Shown in pieces: positions 39,146 through 51,100 of a stretch of DNA of 64,000 bases. Made by a program: the position numbers and the translations under genes. The DNA is taken from positions 112,964,001-113,028,000 of the forward strand of contig OZ320313.1 of assembly GCA_976226885.1 (NCBI GenBank), read 5' to 3'. Position 1 is the stretch's first letter. Each line of letters opens with the position of its first letter. This DNA comes from Iphione sp. A-MEVVRFRX5 (Eukaryota). The notes beneath the pieces are model-generated. The model was given only the letters and a program-made list of their open reading frames with translations. It had not been told where the DNA came from and ran no database searches.

Positions 39146-42100
39146 TGTTGATGAAGTTTCGTCTCCTTTGGTTGTGGCGGTACCGCTGGTCCATGTGGGT
39201 GACCTTGTACGTGCCCATGTGAATAGCCCTGCGGATGCCCTTGGAGTGAACCCATCTGGCCATTCACCAACTTTCTGGGTGGTTGGAAAGCTCCTTCTGA
39301 CTTAGACGGGTCAGCTCCATATGATGCAGTTTGTTGCTTCCCTTGCTGTTGGCCGCTCTCCACCACAGGTCGACTGCTGTTCTGTTGGGCGGCACTGAAG
39401 TAGGGATCCCCTCCGTGGGTGGCTGTCTTGCTCCGTGGCTGCTGACCTTTCTCTCCCGATTGGCCGTCGACGGCGATAAGGTAGCTCGACTGGCGGAAGT
39501 GCGCGACGCTTGGCGGCCCATCCGTCTCGTCCTCGCCGTCGCTGTTGTAGCGGCCCCACTCCGGCCCTGGAGTGATGGCCCGCCGGGGGATGGCCTGGGT
39601 GTCCGTGTAGGGCCGCTGCTCCGGTCCCGGGGTCATGGATCGGCGCAGTTTGGCCGCGTTGTCTTGGCGCAGGGACGTTTCGTAGGTGGTGTAATGGGGC
39701 CTCCCCGCCTGACCACCGGCGTCCTGCCCCGCCTGGCGTTGGCCTTGAGAGGTACGACTTCCAGCATCCATTCCTTAATAACACAAAAAACAGGATTGCT
39801 TATTTGAAAAAAAACCCCCAACAACTAACAGGGTGGACTATCAGTTAGCATGTGATTATCTTTATGAGAACGTAAAGGTGAAAAAAAGCTCAGCGCAAAA
39901 CTTCATAAACAGCTGAAAAATGGTCATAATCCCGCCCTCTGGGATACACGTTTCCATTTCTTTTTATTTCCATTTGAATCATTAATGCTGATCAAAAGAC
40001 CTCATTTCCATCTCGCATGCAGTACATTTTTCTCCAATTTACTGATACGAAATGGCAGGTCTTTTTATGGGGGTCACTCACCGTTATTACCGGAGCTGTT
40101 AAAGTGCTGATAACCGGGCAGCTTAGTTGTCATTTGTGGCGCCGTGTGGGTGGCTATTGCCTCGCAGTTTTCATTGGCGTAGAGAAGAAGGAGTGGCTGA
40201 TAGTGGCCCCGACAGCACTTGTCAGCTACGTTATGCCACCCTGGGCCCATCTGATGATGAAGAAAGTAAACCCATGACATATAGTATCGCCAAAATCCAA
40301 GTAAGGCAGAAATATCTCCACCCGTGTTCAATCATCTACATCTCTCAACATACAGGAGTCAAATAAGTTATCACTACCAAAAGCCGATTATACTTTCGAA
40401 GGCTTCATCTTTCTTCCCAATTTCAAGTTTGCGTACCTCCTTAACGTGGGCGTCGTCAAAGTAGACCCACTTCTTCATTTTGGAATGGAAGAAGAAGGTG
40501 GAGTAGTGTTTTCCGTAGTAACAGACTACGCCAACCAGGTGCAGGATGATCGACTGCTGGTGCGTCCCTGACACTGAGTGGAAGAGCTGCAGATAAGGGA
40601 TAAAAAAACGAATTGCTTGTGTTAAATATTTATATTCTGGGAACTACTATCACTTATTTGCTCCACTTTCAATTAAACATTTGTTGGATTTACATTACAT
40701 TTGTTGGATTTACAACTCATTATTTCCATCTCATTTCATGAGTTTCATTGCGTTTCACTGTTTTGATATGTGCAAATGGGCATACATGCATTTAATATAT
40801 ATTCATCCCCAGAGGAAATAAAAAATTGAAAAGAATGTCAAACTAAAGCAAATCGAATCCCTGGCTTGTGGAAAGCACAAAAATAATATGTAACTGTCCT
40901 AAGCTTGACAGATTAAAAAAAGAAATCAATAACGAATTAAGTGGTTTGTTAAATTATATCATCGTAAATATTAGTTCAAGATAAATATAGTCATACGGAT
41001 ATATAAATATATATATTTAACACGATAAGCCAATGTGAGTTAACACCATAACCTAATGCGTTCTCGTATAAATCAATGTTGGGAGCGAAACACTCGCAGC
41101 AACCTGGGCGCAACCATATGTCATCAGTCACAGGTCGTTATAGGAGGCATTGAGCAAAGAACCACCTGGTGGTGTACGATGGAGTCGCAGCATCCATCAG
41201 TACATGTATGGAAAAGTAGATGGCGCCACTGCAGGCGGTTCTCATCAATAATCATCGTCTTATTACTATCGCCTGGTCTACCTAGATCGGTGTGCATCTA
41301 GCTATATATCGAAACATGTCGACAAAAAAAAAACGTTTTTCATTTTTCACGTTGTTCATGCAGGTGATGCCAATGTGTGCAGGTGGATTAATATGCTGAC
41401 CCTGCAATCAATCCCATGACTGCCCCATGTGGTAACTGACCATAAGGCCACGGTAATGGTGGCAGACCTGGCCGTAATACCACGCATGTATGCATTATTG
41501 ACCAATGAGCAGTGGCCAGTGTGCCGGCAGTGGACAGAGATGGAAAAGACGGCGAGGTCTGCGGGCGAGCGTCCGACCTGCTGGTGGGCCGGGTGTTTCG
41601 TCGCACATGTAAAATGCAACGATCGATAGAGCAGTCTGAGGTAGGGCTGCCGGAAGGCCCAGGGGGGGGGGCGGGGGATTGGGGGGGCGGGAGGTGGGTA
41701 TGGCGTGTGGGGCTCCATCACGCACACCTAGGCAGTTGGCCTGCTAACCCGCACATATGTTGGCGTTCGATGGGATATCTCATAAACCCGCACATGTACG
41801 CAGCTTGCAGAATGTGTACCACTATGGCATAAACTAATTCTTTCGCATGTTGTGGCCCGACGTGGAATTTGCGTAATTTGAAGACCTAATTACGCCAGAA
41901 GAGTAGAGTGGACGGAAGCTGTGGACATGCACTCACATAATGTGCAGCTTCAAGTTACTGCTACGGGATTAAATGGTCTCGAACTGATCAATTAAAACTG
42001 GCGGAGGACAGACAACTGACGTTAACCTTACAAACGTTCCGTGAGGTCATAATTTTGTTCTAATTTGTTAACTCAATCATGCCCTGACCCTGACCGCATC

Positions 42101-45100
42101 TGTTTAACAGAGACCAACAGAAGGACTTTCCCATTATCAGACCGCGCGCCGTAGATTCAAGATGCCGACAGAGAGGGAAAACCCTTTAAATTAGCTGCTA
42201 ATGAGGCATGATTCAATTATCGCCGCCGTCGTGATGAACCCATCATTCGTAATGGTCAGAGGTGGCGAGCACGGCGAGAGTTAATAGGTATAGACCAATC
42301 TGCGAGACCATCTGTTGGTCTGTGTCGAACCGGACCGCTCCGCAGCAGTCGGCCCGAATCCAATGGCATAGCGCACTTTACTGGCGTGCCCAAACCTACC
42401 GGAGAGTAATCCCGGGTAGACTCTGAAGCTGGGTTTAATTAATCCCCTTATTGGGCTGAGTGTGATGATGGACCCGGGATTATTGGCGTCAATAGGCAGG
42501 CTGTGTGCTTACGGGTGGTGTCAAGGTGTGCACTATAAACGCACCTTAATGCCAGTAATATCCTGACCACCTCCTGAGCACACCTGTGTGTCTTGAAGAC
42601 AGAATCTGGATGTAAACTCAGAGTTTTTGTAATTTTTAAAAGCTACAATATAACACACAGAAATTGACCAAAGTCATACAAACACGAGACAATTTTACAA
42701 ATTCCTTACCTACATGTATATTGTTGATAAATGAGGTCATGGACTAGTAACTGAATGTGTAAATGCAGATATGCGTTGCAAAGCAAGCTTAGGGGCAAAT
42801 CAACATTAATGCCTAATATCCGCGTGCACGTGTTATGTCCGTGTTTGGCGCCATACTTTCATTTTGGTGTGTCTATGCCTATGAACTGCAGTGCTTCAAT
42901 GTACATTATATCTGTACTTATTTTTCCAACACAGATACGTGCGGATACAGCTTATATAGTAGAAACGGTTTCACTGTGCAGTTTTTCAAGTTTCGAATAT
43001 GAACGATTTAAGTGGACATATATGTAATTATATCACTTCCCAACTAATCGATAAACATAATCAAACAGCATTAATACCAACTAAATAGTACAACTCCTCA
43101 AACACTTCAAAAATAAGCAGGATGCGTGTCACTGTTCGCTGGGCGGCGGGTCCCACAGCGTTAGCAGACGACAGTTGAACGGCGTCACGCGCAGCGCCCG
43201 CCATCTCTATATCAGATCGCTTCACGGGACCCTTTTTACCTCAGTCGCTAGTATCATTAGATCCTTTACAGGCATACACTTAGGCAATCTGTATGATAAA
43301 GATGGCATAAATGTTAGGAATATGAGCGCAAGCGACCAGTTCAGGGAGGTTGTGTTTTTTTTTCAAGTAAATATGTTTGATAGTACATCGTGGTTAAGAG
43401 GTAACCTAATATCACACAGGGAACGGGAAAGCATTTTTCATCTGTTTTATATGTAATTGCTTTTCCCTTTTATGTCTCCCGGCAAATCACAGAGTATCTC
43501 TATTTAGAAAGATGCTATATCATTTCCAGTCGTTACCTCTCCCGTGAGCAGACAGCGTCATAACCTATTGCCGCAACGAGTTAGTATAACAACAGCTTTC
43601 TTCCTGTAGATAAAGACACACCTGTTCACTTCCTTCGGAACCTAGTAATTAAGTCTCCACTTACCTATATAAATTCTAAATTGTAGTTAAAACGCAGAGC
43701 ATATAGCCTTTTGTAGTGCCAGATGGAACGCAATCTCTCCCTCACAAGAGAAACCATTAGCACAAATTCAGTCCCAAGGTCTTCTAGCTGTCTCCTTCCG
43801 AGGACAAGATTGGTTCGTGTTTCCTAAATGGATCCTCCATCACAGCTAACTACACCTACCACCCGGATCCACCCACGGCCCACGTCACCAAACCCACCTG
43901 TAATTCGAGCTTTCCCTCTGACTGGACTGGGCCGGCAAACAAAGCGGCCGCCACGACTTGCGGCTTGATTCATTGACACACTTGGCTCAGACAAGACAAC
44001 TCGCCGACCTTACACCTTAGCCATCCAACCGCAACATATCCTGCTGCTTAAAGCCCCCGCCCCTACCATTCCTCTTCACCTGGTCTCTTTCTACTCTTTG
44101 ATGCTTCTTTACCCTTTTTTTTCGCCGAGATCTGGGACGAGTTGGGTTAGGTTGACCACCTTATGGCGTCCCTCGAGAGGGCGCCACTTCCGGCAGTCCT
44201 GATTCAGTGTTTGCGCGCGCAGGTGAGTCATCTATTGATGACATGAAACACCCCTGTGCGCCCTCCCTCAATATGCCACTATTGTGAGCCTTTGACACAC
44301 AACTAGATGTGAAGGCCGGAAGGGGTTAAGCCCAGAGCTACCTGACATAATATGTACTTTCTACAATATAGCCGGCAAAAAATAGCACACCTTTTCTTGA
44401 CGTACATTTTCTGCCTGCTTTTTTGCACCTCAGTTGGAATTGTTTACTCCCAAGGTAAACAGCTCCCCCTGCTATGTAACTATTATCATAAAAAGTTTAT
44501 CTCCTACATAAATTTTACCCGGTGCAACTTGTGTGTTCTTACTACTTTTGTTGTTCCTATATATAACGTGCAAGAAACAACTGCAGTTTTTGATAATTGA
44601 TATTTTCATTTAGCAGAAATATCTCCAAACGGCTCATTATCAATTTTACCTCAATTTTAATGCTAAGTGTCTAAACAATTTATTGACAGTTTTAATCACG
44701 TTAAGAGTCTAGGTACTTCGTCAAAGCCCTCTGTACAATTTTGAATGAAAATGTCGACTTGGTGTCCACGGATTATTTTCTACATTTTCCCACACATCTG
44801 GTTCTGGCGTATGGCATTTTTCTTGTCCCTCACACCAGGTGCAGCCATGTTTGCAGCATTTTCACATGCATTATATGCACATCTGGAAAACTGTTTTGCG
44901 TATCACCTGGATCATCCCAATACTAGTCTAAACTTGAGCCATTCTTGAGAGTTATCCCAGAATTTTTTCTCAGAAACTTGGAAGCGTTTTTTTTTCCACC
45001 AGGCGAGTGTAATTCAATAAATGGCATTCAGCGTTTGTTTCAACTTTTTGTCGACTGTCTGACGTTCACGAATGATTACCTTCCTTTTATCCCGATCACG

Positions 45101-48100
45101 CGTCCAGGTGCATACTTCACTCGGCGATCAGCTAGTAACAAGAGGGCATGCAGAGCCATAGGAGGAGACAGGGGACCCCTATTTGTATTTCTAGGGTCGA
45201 GCATATGCTGCACTTGACACGGGTGAAAAAGTATCTGCATTTTTAGAGATCTGCTGATTTTAATGATTTTGTAACGTATACTTGCCCCAGAAACCAGACA
45301 AAAGCGAACATGAACATTGTTTAGACCTGGGGAAAATGTTCTGCTATTGTTTGCAAGCGAGGCTGAACGCCTCCTTCCGTGATATATGCTCGATGCAAGG
45401 CCCGCCGCCTTTTCATGACATCCCACACCGTCAATCAATGGGCATAAACTTGCCTATGCTTATCTCCGAGAGAGAAAGGATTTGGGGAGCGCAGTTCTCC
45501 TTCCCTATGCAGTCTGCCTCGGGGAAGGCTCCAATGAATCCAGAAGGGAAACCTGATCTCTGAACCACCAGAAACACAGACAGGGTGCTCCTCTTGAAAT
45601 GTCACCTAGAAGCCGACCGGTTATTCTATAGCAAATGTTTATAGGTATGGGTTTTTTTTTACCGTGACGCTTCCAGGTCATGTCACCGTATCATTTCCAG
45701 AGTAGTAAGCCTATGGGTCACCTCCATGCTTCAACCAGCCAGGGAGCCGGTGGGGAAGACTCATGGTCGCCCCCCCCTCCACTTCCGAGATAGATGTGTA
45801 CTCTTCTAATGTATGATTATACATGCGGCAAGGCGCGGCCCACTTTTCAGCCCCGGTTGTCATGATCCCACTTCCATGGCGGCTGACTGAACAACTGTGA
45901 GACGCTGATGAAAGCGAAACAGGCCAAGCATGCCTACCAATGAAGTGACGTGCTGACACGACCAACATGGATTTCCCACTCAGGCCATTTCCACTTTTAA
46001 GGGGACGGGCATTTGCTTTATGGAAAAACTCCAGAATAATGAAAATTATCCATCGCGCTACTTTGTATAATTGATGGATATTTACTAGACGCCTAAGAGA
46101 CGTTTGTTATTTTGTGTTTTTTTCCTATGCCAAAAACATTTCTACCAGCAGAGTGACTACCGAACGCATGGTTTCCTTTCGGATGGTTTCTTCATCTTGG
46201 ACATGGTTGTTGTAGCAAACGCAGGAATTATATCAATTACGCTGTTACTTTATTTCCCTTCTCTGCGAGAGCATTTATAGGCACTTAATTTTTGTGTACG
46301 GTTCATTTTTTTCCCCTTCTTAACACAAGCCGTTATTAAACAAAACTAAAACAGGCAAACGCCACCAATCAAGTTTTCCAGTGCCATAAATCCCTTGATG
46401 TCCAGCTCTGTCATGCTTGCAAAGGTAAATATAGTTTTTACGGCCGAAATAACATCGCCGTCCCAGCCTGTGATTTTTACCCAAGTGCTACATCTAGTAA
46501 TGTATATCTGCACTTAAAAGTCTTCACTGACGCGACGTGCAAACATTCAGTATATGCCACTCAGACGCTCCTGGTGACGCTGTATTTTTTTTTTGTTTTG
46601 TTTTTACAAAAGTCCAAATGTCCACGCTTGTTTCTAGAGCTTTGTTTCCATGGAAGCCGCCAGGTGACACCGCCATGGAATGACACATTAGTCTCCGCTA
46701 GGGGGCGAGGATGTCGCGGGTTCCCATGGTAACGGCAGGGCCAGGCAGGCCGCTGAAGTTCTCCGTGCAATATTTACCTTTAGATGAGTTGGCTATAAAG
46801 AGCCATTGAAACCAGGCTTAGGGCCAGAGCTAAACACGACGGATAAGCTTGGCGTGTTGGTCGTTCACTCATTTACAACAGCTCCTTCCCTTCCACTCGT
46901 TTCAAAAGGCAAACCTTTCAATTCAGAAGCTCACGTCCGAATGCGGTATCCTGTTAGTGGGGTATTCGTGACTGAGAAACGGCCCTTTGCACTTTTCGTA
47001 CCTGCAACCCACTGCGGAGAGAGTCTGAACAGGTATTTCCCACGTCGGCGATAAATATGTATTTATATTGGGTCCCAGTTCCAATTGACAGGGACGAAAA
47101 TAACCCCTGGTCTGTGGTCATGCCCGCTTCAATGTACGCTGTGCGACAATCCAGTGAAACTTGGTGTACTACAAGGGCACTGAATATGTCGTAAATTGGT
47201 TATTACTAACAAGGTACTGCCGCCAAGTGACTATTGATTTCTCTACAATCTAGAACTGCTTTGAGACAACACTATTTGCCAAAACGTCTCCCTTTTCTCT
47301 GTCCCTGAAGGCACCATTTAAAAATTATCCACTTAGTCTGACAAGCTGATTTTCCGGCAGATGGCATGTAACATTTTAGGTGGGTGGACCGATGATGGAC
47401 CGATGTTTTAATTCATAACAATCTCGGTCTGCGTTGAAAAAAAGAAGAACATACGGCCGGGAAGCTTCACCGGAGGAGGACCGCCGATATGAGACAGGTG
47501 TGCTATCTTACGTCATAGGATCACGGGGGTTCCCTAGGCCGGATACAGTGCGATAACTTCAGGTGATATAGAGAGACACCTGATACAAGGTGGTGATAGG
47601 CTGAGTGGTTTGGCTATATTCCCAACCCAGCTCGCCACCTGCCGCACTCTGAGCTATTTACTCATCAGAGGTCAGCAAAAGGTGGAGAAGGCGAGGACAG
47701 GCCAACAAAAGTAAGGCCTTGGCTATGAGTAGACCTCTCTCATAAACACTTAAGCAGCATCTTATCCCTGCCAGACATAACAACTTAAGAACCACAGAGC
47801 GGAAAATAGGGGGCAATCTTCCCTATACACTACTCAAAATAATTACATATGTATTTAGGGATATCTGCTCTCTACTGTGAGCGGCATAAATCAAACTGTC
47901 GTAATTGATTTTTTTTCTCAAATAAAAGACAAAACAATTAGGTCGTTGCGTCAAAAATATCCAAGCTTTTTAATTTGAACTCAATAATCAGACTTTATCT
48001 CTGAAAAGAGGCGCTTTGATTCTCACCTTATGAATAACTATTTCTACATTTGACTCTTCCCTTGCCTTTCATCTTGGTACACAAGTATTCAATTACCTCA

Positions 48101-51100
48101 ACTCATCCCTACCCTACTTTTCTCGCGTAAATATTGCAGGAAAAGAGGATATAGTGGAAGATTTGTACTTACGTCTGGCAGCCTGATGGTTGTGCCTATA
48201 CTTCGGACGACATCTTTGATGTGGTCTAGGGAGGGCCGGTCGGAGTCCCAGATCAGGCCAATGCTCACTGAAACAGATCAAAAAGTCCAATCTTGATTAC
48301 GAGTACCGACTAGCGACGACCCACATTACAATTACAGGTATAGGAGTCCATTGTTAACAAGAAGAATAGGGAATCAACCTGTCACTGAGAATGTAGGATG
48401 CCGTGCGGGCGTGTCCAGGTCCTCTGACAGGGACACTCACGGTGCTACCGTTGTCAACGCAGTCACCTACAACCGCCCGCTTGACGGCGGGGAAAGCCGC
48501 TAGAACTCACCTGAGCCTGGGAACACCAGTAATTAGTCCGGAAAATCCAACTAATGAGCAAAATTCTCTTCGTCTTATTCCCCCAGCTGGACTCATCGGT
48601 GATGCAGCAGCCACGGTTTGCACACTAGGTCGGGGCCGGAATCGGGCAGCACTGGCCCTGATTTCGATGGGGAGGAGTAGTTGTGAAGCCAGGTAAATTA
48701 CTCGGGAGAGGATGGCGAGGGAGGGGCCCTGACGCGCACAGCGTCACCTGACGCCAAACCAGCGTTCACCCGGGCCTCTGTGCGTCTGCATGTGCATGAG
48801 TGGTGGGTGATACGCTGTGTTGTGTCGGGGTGGATGGGTGGGCGGGCAGGTGGGCGGGGCTGGGTGGGAGGGGGGATGGCTGGTGACGGGAGCCCAGCCG
48901 TCTGGCCCCGGTCACAGACGGTGGACGCCCCTACCGGCCTAGTCACTGCTGCTGCTACGGCTGCTTACAACCGAACCCGGTCACGCTCACCTCCCCATCA
49001 AAGACTGGTGTTCTGTGCATGCACACCTACACGAGCAACCAGGCTGACAAATCTGGCAGCACGACTAAGCACCTATTCACCACAAACACATTTACGTGAA
49101 TTCGACTGGGTTCGTGCCAGATGAAAGGCAAACTCCACTGTTGTATTTTTTTGTTTCTATCATGTTTGGTAGGTAAAAAAAACAGAGATGGCACGGGGAA
49201 TTGGAAAGTTTGACATATTCTAATCGCTAGACAGAGGTGTCGGATCGTGCAGGCCAGAAATACCTAGTATGGAGCTGGCATTCGCGAACAGCTGCCGTCC
49301 TACTTTACCTGGACACCTGGCACCTTGTAGTACCACGGCTGCACACGTGGTGGCACTGCGGCGAGAATAGCGCAAGATGCAGATCGTCTCACGAGTTCTC
49401 ACAAGAGGGAGCCACAGGGGAATAAAGTCAAAAGTGACGCCCGGCAGGGAGCCGGAAGGCGAACTAAGCGCCAGGAGCGGATAAATCCTGCCCTTTAATT
49501 TCATTCTCCATCAAGCCCTTACATTTGAAGGTATGCTTCAAGTATAGAGACATCTATGCGTGATACCTTACAAAATAATGGAACAACTTTCAGCCTCACC
49601 AACCACTTAAACACATGGTACACGACATATGTTACAATGCTGAGACACTAATGGGAACACGTAGGCATTTATATATCCAACGAGGGTCTCTGTCCCGTGC
49701 TAGTACTCCACAGATGGGCTCTCGATTAACTTTAGAGAAAACGTACATCGTGGCAAGGTGCTAAAAAATTGTCGTATTCGAAAATAAAGTCAAAGGTACA
49801 TTCACTCACCAACATCTGGCGCATTCAAAAGGCTTTTCCTGATCTGAACCTTCTCCCCGCAGTCACTCTGAAAAAAAAATCAGCAATTATTACGTGATAA
49901 TACATTTCAATAAAACATTTCAGTGATACTGTCTGTGCGTTAAAAAAAACAAAATGTACATAATAACCCAATTCAGGCTCGTTATTTCTGATGTCCGTGG
50001 CGGACCCAGCCCACATTATTATTCTCTATAGCTGGCCTTTGTACCGCAGTGGCCTACCAACACTGTGCCTCTGACGGAAATAAACTCGAACACAGTTTTT
50101 CTTCTCATAACTTAAATGTATGCACAGTACAAGAGCACACTAGGTGTTGTGGAGCAGTCTTTTAATGCCTACTGGGGCATGCCGATTCCTCCCCGTCAAC
50201 CCATTAATGAGAGTCGATTGTGCTTTCTAAGATAAACTCTCGATGGTCCTATCATGGTTCATGGGCTACTTTGTTTTGCCCACGATAACACCCTCCCATA
50301 CTCGGCGAGTAGTTACCTAATACGACTGAAAGCTATCGGAACACTCAATCTGGGTTCGAGATGTAACAAAGTAGCCGGTGCACACGAGAGCATCGCAATC
50401 CACTGAGGTCCACTCATCACAATGCAAAGCCGGCGGCCAGCTAATGTTTTCATTTCCCTCTCGGGTACCACTTTCGGGCAATCCTTCCCTACCTCTACCC
50501 GCACACACAAACCCCACGCACCCCCCCCCTTTTCCTGCTTACGATGACTGACATAACAGTGGCGCCACCTAGAGCGGTCACCCCCAGAGACCTCTGGTGG
50601 GTTATGGAAAAACAACGCCAAACCGTGAACAGGCGCAGGCCTGGTCCATCGTACTCAATATGGTACTTTACTCAGTGTAAGTGAATATGACTTAACCAAT
50701 TTTAGAATCGTGCCCCCAAATATTTTAATAATCGCGTGTAATGAGTGTTTGGACGCCTTTTAGCATATGAAGGGCCTCACTTGCAATTAAATTGAGCACT
50801 TAATACGAGTTGGTAGGCGGACACGTTTACACACACGAATGTACAGACCTGACAATAATGCCTTCTTGTAATAGTTAATAAAGCTCCAGATTGAGATCGA
50901 ATCTGACTGGTCCACTCTAGTCCTTACAATTGTAATTCAGTGCTAAGTGAGACTTGTGTAAAGGTACCATTGAAACATCTCATGTTGGCCCAGTTCACTC
51001 CAGCTGAGTTATCTACCTGTCTCTTAACAACTGGGTCATGCTAAACAAAAAGTTCACACCTCACCTGAAAGCACCTCTTCGCTCGGGTCAAGTGACCCCC

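Noticed and set aside
35068-39807. Numerous overlapping 60-175 aa ORFs on both strands
   Set aside because: Alternative-frame and antisense shadows of the two large USP exons.
43659-43667. Recursive splice site TAG|GTAAGT (minus strand)
   Set aside because: Weak pyrimidine tract, the intron is only 7.6 kb, and one such 9-mer is not unexpected by chance.
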